From the NCBI RefSeq assembly GCF_032575955.1, contig NZ_JAWFXN010000002.1, forward strand, positions 159,458 to 223,457: a DNA stretch of 64,000 nucleotides. The letters are read 5' to 3'. The stretch's first letter is position 1, and each line of letters starts with the position of its first letter. Under the pieces are notes generated by a model, which saw only the letters and a program-made list of their open reading frames with translations, was not told where the DNA came from and did not search any database. Source of the stretch: Veillonella parvula. Its GTDB lineage: Bacteria; Bacillota; Negativicutes; Veillonellales; Veillonellaceae. Below, one piece after another: positions 50,585-60,472 of the stretch. Position numbers and translations under genes: made by a program.

Positions 50585-50613
50585 TTTACAACTTTAATGA
50601 ACTAAAGTATAAT
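50585..50613 (+). promoter_or_regulatory. Candidate sigma-70 promoter of the amino-acid ABC operon
   Basis: TTTACA, a 17-nt spacer, then TATAAT. Confidence 0.5.
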
Positions 50614-50696
50614 ACAATCATTAAGTACGGAATCTAAATCTATATTGAACATATTATTAAGTGGTAAATAGGCGATAATCGCTGTGGAGGATAGTT

Positions 50697-51509
50697 ATGA
50701 ATTGGAAAAAGATGATGGCCGTTGGCCTTGCAGCTGTATCTATGATGGCATTTGTAACAGGTTGTGGTGGTGACACTAAAAAGGCTAATACAGAATTGCC
50801 TAAGAAAGTTGTTATCGGTTTAGATGATAGTTTCCCTCCAATGGGCTTTAAAGATGAAAAAGGCGAAATTGTTGGCTTTGATATCGACATGGCTAAAGAA
50901 GCAGCTAAACGTGCTGGTATGGATGTAGAGTTCAAAGCTATCGACTGGTCTAGTAAAGAAGCGGAACTAAAATCTAAAAAAATTGATGCTTTGTGGAATG
51001 GCTTAACAGTCTCTCCTGAGCGCGAGAAGAATATTTTATTCTCCAATACATATATGAAGGATAAACAATACGTTATTGTTCGTAATGACGATGACTCCAT
51101 TAAAGGTAAAGCCGATTTAGCTGGTAAGGTAGTAGGCGTGCAACAAGCTAGTACTGGTGAAGCAGCATTGCAAAACGATCCAAGCGGTAAGGCTGTTAAA
51201 GAAACAAAATCCTATGCGGATTTTGTAAGTGCATTTATGGATCTTGGTATTGGGCGTGTTGATGCGGTTATTGCTGATGGTGTAATCGCTCGTTATCTTA
51301 TGACAAAAGAACCTGGTAAATACAAAATCGTAGAAGGTACTGACTACGGCGTTGATAATTTCGCTGTTGGTTTCCGTAAAGATGATACTGCTTTGCGTGA
51401 CAAAATTAATGGTATCTTAGCTGAAATGAAAAAAGACGGTACTGCTGATAAAATTGCTGAAAAATGGTTAGGCTCAGGCGCAGACTTAGATAAGAGCGAT
51501 GCTAAATAG
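50697..51509 (+). CDS. Amino-acid ABC transporter substrate-binding lipoprotein (family 3)
   Basis: 270 aa. The lipobox is FVTGC. An SBP_bac_3 pattern is present (GFDIDMAKE..., DALWNGL). Confidence 0.85.
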   Translation: MNWKKMMAVGLAAVSMMAFVTGCGGDTKKANTELPKKVVIGLDDSFPPMGFKDEKGEIVGFDIDMAKEAAKRAGMDVEFKAIDWSSKEAELKSKKIDALWNGLTVSPEREKNILFSNTYMKDKQYVIVRNDDDSIKGKADLAGKVVGVQQASTGEAALQNDPSGKAVKETKSYADFVSAFMDLGIGRVDAVIADGVIARYLMTKEPGKYKIVEGTDYGVDNFAVGFRKDDTALRDKINGILAEMKKDGTADKIAEKWLGSGADLDKSDAK

Positions 51510-51579
51510 TACAATTCGTGATATACTAATAGTACTATGGTCAGTAGGTACAACTGATAATTAAAGAACGAAATGTACA

Positions 51580-51620
51580 CTAGAGAAGCGGCCAGATGGC
51601 CCTTCTCTAGTCGTGTTTTG
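51580..51620 (+). terminator. Intra-operon hairpin (attenuator) between the binding-protein and permease genes
   Basis: CTAGAGAAGCGGCC-agat-GGCCCTTCTCTAG followed by TCGTGTTTTG. Confidence 0.55.
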
Positions 51621-51632
51621 AAGGAGTCTTTC

Positions 51633-52289
51633 ATGTTAGATTATTTATTGCAGATTATCCCAACCATCGCTGATGGTTTAAAGGTAACCGTATCGCTATT
51701 CTGTATTGTATGGATTTTATCTATTCCTGGTGGCATTTTAATGGCTATGTTACGTCTATCTAAATTGCCTTTAGTAGATAAGTTTGTTGATGCTTTCGTG
51801 TATTTGATGCGGGGCACACCGTTGATGCTACAAATTTTATTCGTCTATTATGCATTGCCAATCATCACAGACGGTGCCATTCAAATGGATGATGCGACGG
51901 CAGCAGTTCTTACCTTCGTATTAAACTACGCAGCGTATTTATGTGAAATATTCCGCGGTGGTATTCAATCTATCTCTCGTGGTCAGTATGAAGGGGCAAA
52001 GGTTCTTGGTTTTACCTATGCACAAACTATGCGTAAGATCATCTTGCCACAAATGTTTAAACGTGTATTGCCTCCTCTTGCGAATGAGACGATTAACTTA
52101 TTGAAAGATACATCTCTCGTGTATGTATTGGCGATGAATGATATCTTGCGTATTACAAAATCTATCGTACAACGTGATTTTGATATTTCTGCATTCCTCG
52201 TGGCAGCATTATTCTACTTAATCTTTACCTTTATTTTGACGAATATCTTCAGCTACTTAGAACGAAGATTTGCTGTATACGAAGATTAA
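51633..52289 (+). CDS. Amino-acid ABC transporter permease (His/Glu/Gln/Arg/opine family)
   Basis: 218 aa from ATG 51633 with an AAGGAG SD. An EAA-loop-like region is present (QYEGAKVLGFTYAQTMRKIILPQ). Confidence 0.85.
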   Translation: MLDYLLQIIPTIADGLKVTVSLFCIVWILSIPGGILMAMLRLSKLPLVDKFVDAFVYLMRGTPLMLQILFVYYALPIITDGAIQMDDATAAVLTFVLNYAAYLCEIFRGGIQSISRGQYEGAKVLGFTYAQTMRKIILPQMFKRVLPPLANETINLLKDTSLVYVLAMNDILRITKSIVQRDFDISAFLVAALFYLIFTFILTNIFSYLERRFAVYED

Positions 52290-52442
52290 TCTAATTCTAT
52301 GGTAGTTTGTCATATGTAATGATGTAGCTAGTTTTATAGGTGAGATACTTTTATTTGATGTCTATAGATGCGATTTTATAGATGAGATATCTTTACTTGA
52401 GGCGCTAGTTATATACTTAATATGACGATGTAAGAGGTACTT

Positions 52443-53198
52443 ATGACATTTGTAAATATGGAGCGTATTGAAAAACGCTTTAATAATCAAACCGTATTGC
52501 GCGATGTGTCGCTCAAAATGAATAGAGGAGAAATTGTTTCTATTATCGGACCTTCTGGTTCTGGTAAATCCACGTTTTTGCGCTGCTTAGGTCAGTTAGA
52601 AACGATTGATGGAGGCTCTATTACCGTTGATGGTACGATTCTTGCTAGTACTGAAAATGGGGTTGTAAAATACGCTTCTCCTCAAACTCAGCATGAATTA
52701 TTGCTCCGCATGGGTATGGTATTCCAATCTTTCAATTTGTTCCCGCATATGACGGTATTAGATAATATTATGATTGCTCCACGTATGGTAAAAGGTATGA
52801 AAGATGACGAAATCTCACCGATTGCAGAGCAATTACTCAATAAAGTAGGATTATGGGAAAAACGAGATATGTATCCATCTCGCTTGTCTGGCGGTCAGCA
52901 ACAGCGTGTAGCTATTGCCCGTGCGCTAGCGATGAATCCAGAAATTATGCTCTTTGATGAACCCACATCTGCTCTTGATCCTGAGCTTACTGGTGAGGTT
53001 CTTAAGACAATCAAACAATTAGCGGACGATCACATGACGATGATTATCGTAACTCATGAAATGAACTTTGCTCGTGAAGTATCGGATCGTGTTATCTTTA
53101 TGGCTGATGGTGTTATTCAAGAAGAAGGAACACCAGAACAAATTTTTAGTCATCCGCAGAACGAAAGAACGAAAGCGTTCTTGGATAATATGTTATAG
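52443..53198 (+). CDS. Amino-acid ABC transporter ATP-binding protein (GlnQ-like)
   Basis: 251 aa. Walker A is GPSGSGKST, the signature is LSGGQQQR and Walker B is [11 protein letters not shown]. Confidence 0.9.
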   Translation: MTFVNMERIEKRFNNQTVLRDVSLKMNRGEIVSIIGPSGSGKSTFLRCLGQLETIDGGSITVDGTILASTENGVVKYASPQTQHELLLRMGMVFQSFNLFPHMTVLDNIMIAPRMVKGMKDDEISPIAEQLLNKVGLWEKRDMYPSRLSGGQQQRVAIARALAMNPEIMLFDEPTSALDPELTGEVLKTIKQLADDHMTMIIVTHEMNFAREVSDRVIFMADGVIQEEGTPEQIFSHPQNERTKAFLDNML

Positions 53199-53206
53199 GA
53201 GGTTCT

Positions 53207-54478
53207 ATGAAGTTACGTTTATTTGCGGCAACCTTAGCTGTCATGGCTTTGGGAACGACTTCTATTATGGCAGAAGATTTACAGAAGACGCCTGATACAC
53301 CTTTATCTATTGTGGAATCTCAGAAGGATTCCGCATCTATTTTGCCAGAACAATACAAATCCTATGCTACTAAGATGAACACGGTGGTGAAGGATTACAA
53401 AAATGGTTATATGTTCTCGATTCCTTGGCGTGTAGCTGATGGCGTTATGTTAGATATGGATGTGCGTAGTGAAAGTGAACATATTCAAGGGTATTCCTTC
53501 AATTTAGCGGGCCCTACGCAAGAGGATTCCTATACAGTATCTTTTACTAAGCGCAATAATACACCACAAGAAGGAATATCTCAAAAAGAATGGAATACGA
53601 CTTGGTATGGTGTACCTATTAAGGGCATGTCTAATGAGGAGTATTTAAATATCTGGCGCCAACATAGCAATAACTTTGAGCATAATGATATTGTTGGTGG
53701 GTTCTTTGCTAAGAAAGGTGCAGTTTCCGCACGCTGGGATAAGAGTACACCAAAATCTTATGCAGATATGACATCTACAGAGCCGGTTCAGTCTGTATTT
53801 GAAGCAGAATTTATCATGGAGAAAGATCCAACTCATCGGTACAATTTGTCTAGTACGTATGCACCTGTTCGTGCAGAGTTTATGGAGCTAGGTTTGATGG
53901 AGCATACAATTCCATCCTTTGAATTGATCAATAAGCGCGGTTCTAATGCTATTAAAGGGGTAAAAAAAATATTAACCGGCACAAGCGATATCAGTGTTGC
54001 AGAAGGTATCAAATTTACCTATCCAAAAGGTTTCACCCGTCTTAATGAAAAGGGTAAGATTGCTTTCACTAAACATAATATACGCCTCGACATTGAGTCC
54101 TTTACAATCCCAGTACAAGCTGTCAGCTCCGGTATGCCGACAATGATGGGCAAGCAAATGCTTGGTGACTATTATCTTAAACAATTGGTTGATGTGAACA
54201 AGGCCACGATTACTCGTTATGAAACGCATATCATTGACGGTAATGTAATGTTCTATTTGGCGGGCCATATGAAAAATCCAAATACGTCTGATACAGCTGT
54301 AGCGGAACCAGTATCCTTTGGCGCAACAATTATTCTTGGCAATGAAGGTAATGTAGCAGTAGCTCGAATGATTGGTCCATCCGGTAGTAATCTTGCTACT
54401 CAGGAACTTATAGATGTATTAGATGGTTTTAGATTGACTACTACACTTAATACAAACCAATCGTCTCAGGTTCTTTAA
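53207..54478 (+). CDS. Hypothetical secreted protein of unknown function
   Basis: 423 aa. The signal peptide is MKLRLFAATLAVMALGTTSIMA-ED. The AGGAGG SD overlaps the stop of the ABC ATPase gene. I recognise no motif. Confidence 0.6.
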   Translation: MKLRLFAATLAVMALGTTSIMAEDLQKTPDTPLSIVESQKDSASILPEQYKSYATKMNTVVKDYKNGYMFSIPWRVADGVMLDMDVRSESEHIQGYSFNLAGPTQEDSYTVSFTKRNNTPQEGISQKEWNTTWYGVPIKGMSNEEYLNIWRQHSNNFEHNDIVGGFFAKKGAVSARWDKSTPKSYADMTSTEPVQSVFEAEFIMEKDPTHRYNLSSTYAPVRAEFMELGLMEHTIPSFELINKRGSNAIKGVKKILTGTSDISVAEGIKFTYPKGFTRLNEKGKIAFTKHNIRLDIESFTIPVQAVSSGMPTMMGKQMLGDYYLKQLVDVNKATITRYETHIIDGNVMFYLAGHMKNPNTSDTAVAEPVSFGATIILGNEGNVAVARMIGPSGSNLATQELIDVLDGFRLTTTLNTNQSSQVL

Positions 54479-54647
54479 TATACGCATAATATTCTTTTAT
54501 TTGTATAATTCTGTACGATTTGTGCTATAATGTAATAAATCCTCAGAAAAAAGAGGAGTTTTCCTTGATGGTCTAGAATATATTAGTATAGGCTAAACGA
54601 TATTTGATCATATCCCCTTTGAGGGATTAGGAATAGGAGGGGTTATT

Positions 54648-55094
54648 ATGGTTACCTACAAAACTATTGTCGTACCTACTGATGGTTCTGAAAATGCTAA
54701 ACGTGCGTTGGAACATGCTCTCGCTGTAGCGGATCGCAACCAAGCTGAATTGATTGTTGTTCACGTTGCAAATATTGTGTCTGCTATTTCCAATTTTGAT
54801 CAAACACCAATTTCTGGTGGATATGTATCTGAGCAAATTGCTGAGGATATGGAAGAAACTGGTAAGGAAATTCTTAATGATGTAGTGAAAGAAATTCCTG
54901 CAGGCGTAAAAGTTAAAAGCGTATTTGAAGTTGGCTCCCCTGGACCTGCACTACTTGCAGTGGCAAAAAAATATAATGCTGATCTCATCGTAATGGGTAG
55001 CCGTGGTCTTGGCCCTTTGAAAGGCTTATTCATGGGTAGCGTAAGTAGCTATGTAACTAGCCACTCCACTTGCCCTGTATTAATCATTAAATAA
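54648..55094 (+). CDS. Universal stress protein (UspA family)
   Basis: 148 aa. YKTIVVPTDGSENA... and the ATP-binding G-x2-G-x9-GSVS motif are present. Confidence 0.85.
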   Translation: MVTYKTIVVPTDGSENAKRALEHALAVADRNQAELIVVHVANIVSAISNFDQTPISGGYVSEQIAEDMEETGKEILNDVVKEIPAGVKVKSVFEVGSPGPALLAVAKKYNADLIVMGSRGLGPLKGLFMGSVSSYVTSHSTCPVLIIK

Positions 55095-55117
55095 TTTATA
55101 TCTTATATAGATATGAT

Positions 55118-55155
55118 AAAAAAAGAGACTTTGGTTTCTCAAAGTCTCTTTTTTA
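55118..55155 (+). terminator. Intrinsic terminator
   Basis: AGAGACTTTG-N6-CAAAGTCTCT followed by TTTTTT. Confidence 0.85.
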
Positions 55156-55279
55156 TGTTAAAAATGATATAATGTCTATATGTGTGCCATACATATTGGT
55201 GTTATACGTTAAGACGTATCGATTAGTGACATAGAAGAGCTACAAAAAAGAATGGATAGGATTAAAAAAGGGGGATTAT

Positions 55280-55570
55280 ATGACCGACAAACAAGAATCA
55301 TTGCTGAAGCTAGCAGAACTGTTTAAAATCTTGGGTGATCCTACACGCCTTAAAATAGTAGAGCTATTACTAGAAAATGAAATGTGTGTTAATCACATTG
55401 CAGAAACCATGGAGATGGGACAATCTGCTATTTCTCATCAATTGCGTGTATTGCGCCAAGCACGTCTTGTTACATATCGTAAAGATGGGAAAACAGCATA
55501 TTATTCTCTAAACGATGATCATGTTGAATGTTTAGTTCGCATGGGGATGGAACACGTAGCTCATCAATAA
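55280..55570 (+). CDS. ArsR/SmtB-family metalloregulator
   Basis: 96 aa. LAELFKILGDPTRLKIVELL and the wHTH segment CVNHIAETMEMGQSAISHQLRVLRQARLV are present. Confidence 0.85.
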   Translation: MTDKQESLLKLAELFKILGDPTRLKIVELLLENEMCVNHIAETMEMGQSAISHQLRVLRQARLVTYRKDGKTAYYSLNDDHVECLVRMGMEHVAHQ

Positions 55571-55590
55571 TTTAAATTTTTTATAATGAA

Positions 55591-55627
55591 CACATTTCGT
55601 CCTACTTAGGATGAATTGTGTTTTTAT
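55591..55627 (+). terminator. Imperfect hairpin terminator after the ArsR gene
   Basis: CACATTTCGTCCT-actt-AGGATGAATTGTG followed by TTTTTAT. Confidence 0.55.
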
Positions 55628-55677
55628 ATTTTATATATTTTATTTGAGTTGTATTTGATTATGGAGAAGTATATAAA

Positions 55678-56565
55678 GTGAATCTGTTAATGAAAAATAT
55701 AGGAATATTAGTGGTGTTTTTAGCTACTGTATTCTTATCAACAAAATCTATATGGGCAAAACTAATTTATTTAGATTCACTGAGCCCTTTGAATGTTCTT
55801 GTGTGTAGGGCTGTTTTATCATTACCTTTTTTTCTTATACCAATGATTCGCTTTGATTGGAATAGCGTGAATAAAAGTAAGGTTTTTAAATACTCATTTT
55901 TGGGGGCTATTCTTTATGTATCTTCATCTATAACGGACTTCATAGGATTATTATATATATCTGCCTCATTAGAACGTGCTGTTCTATTTACATTTCCAAT
56001 TTACGTTTTTCTGTTATCATCAGATTTATCACGCATTACATTTTCAAAAGTAGTTTTAATTGTATCTACTGTGCTAGGATTAGCAATTATGTTTAATCCT
56101 ACCGTTGATAACCACCTTACAGATACTTTAATAGGCATTTCACTAGTCTTGCTTTCTGCAATCTTTTGGGCGTTGTTTATTATTTATAGTAAGAGGGCTG
56201 TTTCGAATATTAGTTCTACTATTTTTACCAGTACTTATATGTGTATAACTACAGTACTTTTACTTCTCGGCTTTATAATTGATAGCAAAAATTTTACTAC
56301 ATTTTCAACACTCCAAACGCATACTATGATTTATTTAGTATTTTTGGCCATTTTTTGTTCTATCATTCCTTCATACTTGATGTCTTTTGGTCTTAAAAGA
56401 ATTAATGCATCTCTTGCAGCCGTTATTAGTGCAATGGGACCAATAGTTACTTTAGCTTTAGATGTAGTTATTCTTAATCATAATTTAGCCTTGAATGAAA
56501 TTATTGGTGCTATAATTGTTACAGCTTGTGTAACTTGTTTAACAAGGCTAAATGCTAAGGCATAA
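55678..56565 (+). CDS. DMT/EamA-family transporter
   Basis: 295 aa with 10 TM helices. The start is GTG, 8 nt after GGAGAAG. An alternative start is ATG 55690. Confidence 0.7.
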   Translation: MNLLMKNIGILVVFLATVFLSTKSIWAKLIYLDSLSPLNVLVCRAVLSLPFFLIPMIRFDWNSVNKSKVFKYSFLGAILYVSSSITDFIGLLYISASLERAVLFTFPIYVFLLSSDLSRITFSKVVLIVSTVLGLAIMFNPTVDNHLTDTLIGISLVLLSAIFWALFIIYSKRAVSNISSTIFTSTYMCITTVLLLLGFIIDSKNFTTFSTLQTHTMIYLVFLAIFCSIIPSYLMSFGLKRINASLAAVISAMGPIVTLALDVVILNHNLALNEIIGAIIVTACVTCLTRLNAKA

Positions 56566-56603
56566 AAAATCACTCATAGTCATATGGCTATGAGTGATTT
56601 TTT
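56564..56603. terminator. Bidirectional intrinsic terminator
   Basis: AAAAAATCACTCATAG-N8-CTATGAGTGATTTTTT. Confidence 0.85.
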
Positions 56604-56622
56604 ATAACTATGATTTTTTATT

Positions 56623-57615
56623 TTAATATAATGGGAATAGATAATAGGCTATAGTAATAAACAGTGGCATTGTTATAGCGGATAAAATAGTTGTGCCCAT
56701 TACGATTTGTGTAGCATATTCTGGATTATTCTTCATTTCAATAGCAATAAGAGACATATTGATAGCGGTAGGTACGCTGTAGGTTATGATGATAGTTTGC
56801 GCCGCTATTGGATGCATAGGTCCATAGAACATAATGAATAATATAGTAATACCAGCTGCTAGGAGTGGACTCACAACGAGCCGTAATGTGGTAGCAAGCA
56901 TGACATCCATCTTAAAGAAGTTTAGCGGTGTTCTATTAATTTGAACACCCAAGGCAATCATAGCGACGCCAACGAAGGCATTGGCAAATATATTGAGCGG
57001 TGCAAAGAAGAAGAGACCGTGTAAATCGAAAGGGAGTAGGTGGCAAAGTAGTGCCAGTGGGATGGCATATACCATAGGCATGTGGAATACGACTTTTAGT
57101 GCATCCCGAGGGGTTAATCGTCCTGCTCCCGCTTGGTAGAAACCGTAGGTATTACTGCTAATAGTTTGTATGATCATGATAGATACAACACTCACTAAAC
57201 CTAGATTAGCATAGGGGGTAGCACCATCGATGACATATGGAATGTTAGTAAATACAAAGATAGCAAGGGCGACACCCATATTCCCAACGTTATTAAACAT
57301 AACGCAGTTTTTTAAGGTTGCAATCTTAGCCACATCATATCCTTGTATCTTACCTACCACATCTGAAAGGATGGAGTTTAGTATGAGTACACAGAGCGCA
57401 CAGAATACAATCTCCAAAGTACCTGAGTTAAGTTTAGCTTCATACATCGCTCGAAATATAAAGGTAGGTAACAATATATAAAAGTTTAGTTTACTCAGCG
57501 TATATAGATCGAGTTTAAATTTTCTATCTAATATAAATCCCACGCCTATAAGTACTAAGATAGGGACCATAGAATTCATAAAAATATGGCCTACTAATTC
57601 GAATAGATTCATCAT
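56623..57615 (-). CDS. AEC (auxin efflux carrier) family transporter
   Basis: 330 aa and polytopic. The N-terminal pattern VPILVLIGVGFILDRKFKLD...LSKLNFYILLP is typical of AEC/MleP-like permeases. Confidence 0.75.
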   Translation of the reverse strand: MMNLFELVGHIFMNSMVPILVLIGVGFILDRKFKLDLYTLSKLNFYILLPTFIFRAMYEAKLNSGTLEIVFCALCVLILNSILSDVVGKIQGYDVAKIATLKNCVMFNNVGNMGVALAIFVFTNIPYVIDGATPYANLGLVSVVSIMIIQTISSNTYGFYQAGAGRLTPRDALKVVFHMPMVYAIPLALLCHLLPFDLHGLFFFAPLNIFANAFVGVAMIALGVQINRTPLNFFKMDVMLATTLRLVVSPLLAAGITILFIMFYGPMHPIAAQTIIITYSVPTAINMSLIAIEMKNNPEYATQIVMGTTILSAITMPLFITIAYYLFPLY

Positions 57616-58003
57616 CTCACCTAGAGTTTTTCTTTAATATATTAGTTAATATATAAGGCATAATTTTAGTTTATCGTATAACTATATGTAGTAAATATAC
57701 AGTTGTTTTATATAAGCTGTAAGTGAATAAGTTTTCTAAAATATTTTTATCCTTTATAGTATTATCATACCATAGTATCTATTGTTTGGGGCTTAAAAAT
57801 TTATTGATTATTATTACTTATCATAATCATCAGAAATATCTATGTAGAATGTGATTTTAGTATACGATTTCAATCATTGATTTATAGTATAATATGTATA
57901 TGTTGTATATGTTGTATATTTCAGTTTGTTAGTACGCGAAGTGTCTCTAGGTATTACCATGGCGTTTACAGTATGGCGTTTTAAGGGATGCACAGGAGGA
58001 ATT

Positions 58004-58792
58004 ATGAAACGAATTTTATTAGTATTAATAAGCGTTTTCATGCTTGCTTTTTTAGTAGGTTGTGGTAATGATGCAAGTAAACCAACTGAGTCAGCTAAAC
58101 CAAGTACATCTGAAAAGATTACTGTACAAGCTGCAGCAAGCCTTAAAGGTGCTCTTACAGAATTGGCTGATGCTTACAAAAAAAGCCATAACTTAGCGGA
58201 TGATCAAATCGCTATTAACTTCGCTGGTTCTGGTACATTACGTCAACAAATCGAACAAGGTGCACCAGCTAGTTTATTTATTTCTGCTGACGAGAAAAAT
58301 ATGAAAATGTTACAAGAAAAAGATTTGGTAACTGATGTAAAACCATTCGTAACTAATGAACTCGTTCTCGTAGTTCCAAAAGGTCAACCTAAGGTTGAGC
58401 TAAATCAAATCGCTACAGTAAAGCGTATCGTATTGGGCAATCCTGAAACAGTACCAGCTGGTAACTATGGTAAACAAGTATTAACAAAACTAGGCGTTTG
58501 GGAACAGGTAGAACCTAATGTAGTATACGCTAAAGATGTAAAAGCTGTAACAGCTTCCATTAGCCAAGGTGCTGGAGATGCTGGTTTCATCTATAAAACT
58601 GATGCTATCGCAGCGGGCGATGCAGTTGAAATCTCTGCAGTAACACCGGCTGATTCCCATGATCCAGTTATCTATCCAATTGGTATTATTAAAAAATATG
58701 ACAACGCATTGGCAAAAGACTTCTACCAATACGTAATGAGCCCAGAAGGCCAAAAAGTATTAGAAAAATACGGTTTCTCTACTTCTAAATAA
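58004..58792 (+). CDS. modA: Molybdate ABC transporter substrate-binding lipoprotein
   Basis: 262 aa from ATG 58004 with an AGGAGG SD. The lipobox is LVGCG. ModA motifs are present (AAASL..., NFAGSG, PAGNYG). Confidence 0.9.
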   Translation: MKRILLVLISVFMLAFLVGCGNDASKPTESAKPSTSEKITVQAAASLKGALTELADAYKKSHNLADDQIAINFAGSGTLRQQIEQGAPASLFISADEKNMKMLQEKDLVTDVKPFVTNELVLVVPKGQPKVELNQIATVKRIVLGNPETVPAGNYGKQVLTKLGVWEQVEPNVVYAKDVKAVTASISQGAGDAGFIYKTDAIAAGDAVEISAVTPADSHDPVIYPIGIIKKYDNALAKDFYQYVMSPEGQKVLEKYGFSTSK

Positions 58793-58796
58793 GAGT

Positions 58797-58830
58797 AAAG
58801 CGCTAGCTTTCAGGGCTAGCGCTTTCTTAT
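58797..58830 (+). terminator. Hairpin between modA and modB
   Basis: AAAGCGCTAGC-N7-GCTAGCGCTTT followed by CTTAT. Confidence 0.55.
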
Positions 58831-59030
58831 GATACAATAGAGATATTATTGATATTACTAATCTTATGATTGCTCACTGTATGCTTTTCTTTTACTCATT
58901 TGTAGTGATGAGTGCTTAATAATCTAACATATGATATGATTTTGGGCATATAATTTGTTTGAAAAGTATTTTTGAATTAATGGATATAACACATACTTTA
59001 GAGTTGTTGTGTATAGAAAGGGGGCGTGAC

Positions 59031-59699
59031 ATGAGTCCATTATGGCTGTCGCTATGGGTGGCAAGTATAGCTCTTATTATAGTTATTTTAAGTGGCTTAG
59101 CGACTTGTTACTGGATGAACCGTTGCAAGTGGGGTGGTATTGCCATTCTTGATGCACTTATTACCTTGCCACTTGTACTGCCTCCGGTAGTTGTTGGTTT
59201 TGCGTTACTTATGGTATTTACTCCAGGTTATGCGTTTGGTGCTTGGCTTGAAGCTCATGGTATGAGTGTTGTTTTTGCTGCATCCGGTGCCGTGATAGCC
59301 TCCTCTGTAATTGCATTTCCGCTGTTTTATCAAACGGTGCGTTCAGCATTGCAATCCGTCGATCATAATATGGAGGACGTAGCGCGTACATTAGGTGCTT
59401 CAGAGTTACGTATCTTTTTTACTATCTCCGTACCACTCGCTTGGAAAGGCATTTTGACGGGCAGTATCTTAGCCTTCTGTCGTGCTATGGGCGAGTTCGG
59501 TGCTACCATTTTGATTGCAGGCAATATTCCAAAGGTAACGCGCACCATGCCACTTGCTATCTACTCTTACGTAGAGGCAGGGCAGTACATGGATGCTTTT
59601 GAATTAGTTATCTATATTTGTGTGCTCACATTGGCATTGTTGAGTGGAATTCACTTCATCACAAAGGGGTCCTTGTTCCATCACATTGATAATAATTAG
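59031..59699 (+). CDS. modB: Molybdate ABC transporter permease
   Basis: 222 aa from ATG 59031 with an AAGGGGG SD. An EAA-loop-like region is present (MEDVARTLGASELRIFFTISVPLA). Confidence 0.85.
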   Translation: MSPLWLSLWVASIALIIVILSGLATCYWMNRCKWGGIAILDALITLPLVLPPVVVGFALLMVFTPGYAFGAWLEAHGMSVVFAASGAVIASSVIAFPLFYQTVRSALQSVDHNMEDVARTLGASELRIFFTISVPLAWKGILTGSILAFCRAMGEFGATILIAGNIPKVTRTMPLAIYSYVEAGQYMDAFELVIYICVLTLALLSGIHFITKGSLFHHIDNN

Positions 59700-59707
59700 G
59701 AGGTCCG

Positions 59708-60337
59708 ATGATTACATTTTCCTTTACCGTAGCTAGACCTTCTGTGACTGTGAAAGCCGATGGGGTACTTCTTTCTGGTATTACCGTTTTGACAGGTCAA
59801 TCCGGCAGTGGTAAAAGTACTTTCATTAAATGCATTGCAGGACTTGTAAAACCCACTACAGGTAGTATTCATTGTAATGAAACAACGTGGGTGGATCGAG
59901 ATAATAAGATTTGGGTTCCCGCTCAAAAACGTCAGGTAGGGTATATGCCACAAGGCAACATCGTATTCCCTCATTTGTCTGTGGAACATAATATTACCTA
60001 TAGCAAACGAGGCACACCTGACATGTGCAATAGTCTATTGCAGCGTTTAGGTCTTGAGAAATACCGAAAAACGAAGGCTGGCAGCCTGTCTGGTGGCGAA
60101 CAGCAACGAGTTGCTTTGGGGCGTGCGCTATACTCTAAACCGACTATCTTGCTTCTCGATGAGCCTTTATCTGCTTTAGATTGGAACTTGCGAAAGCATG
60201 TGCGCGAAGATTTGGTGTCCATTATTCGCGAGTGGGATGTACCTTGTGTATGGGTTACTCATGATGAAAGCGAAGCCGAAATGGTTGGAGATCGGCACTG
60301 GACCTGTGAAGAAGGACAAATTCAAATATCTAAATAA
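59708..60337 (+). CDS. modC: Molybdate ABC transporter ATP-binding protein, short form without a C-terminal TOBE/Mop domain
   Basis: 209 aa. Walker A is GQSGSGKST, the signature is LSGGEQQR and Walker B is LLLDEPLSALD. The protein ends shortly after the H-loop. Confidence 0.85.
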   Translation: MITFSFTVARPSVTVKADGVLLSGITVLTGQSGSGKSTFIKCIAGLVKPTTGSIHCNETTWVDRDNKIWVPAQKRQVGYMPQGNIVFPHLSVEHNITYSKRGTPDMCNSLLQRLGLEKYRKTKAGSLSGGEQQRVALGRALYSKPTILLLDEPLSALDWNLRKHVREDLVSIIREWDVPCVWVTHDESEAEMVGDRHWTCEEGQIQISK

Positions 60338-60366
60338 CAATAATGTAAATAAAAGAATCTAAATAA

Positions 60367-60415
60367 CAAAACCCCTTCATACGAGTTATTGCTCCTAAAG
60401 GGGTTTTATTGTTTA
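60367..60415. terminator. Terminator between convergent modC and cytX
   Basis: AAACCCCTT-N20-AAGGGGTTT followed by TATTGTTT. Confidence 0.7.
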
Positions 60416-60472
60416 TATAGCAGTTCCTATTTAGTTAGTCTCCTATCTTGGATGCTTGTTGTATATATCCTA

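Noticed and set aside
50657-51100. A 147-aa minus-strand ORF.
   Set aside because: It is antisense to the ABC substrate-binding protein gene and has a Ser/Ala/Leu-rich shadow-frame composition.
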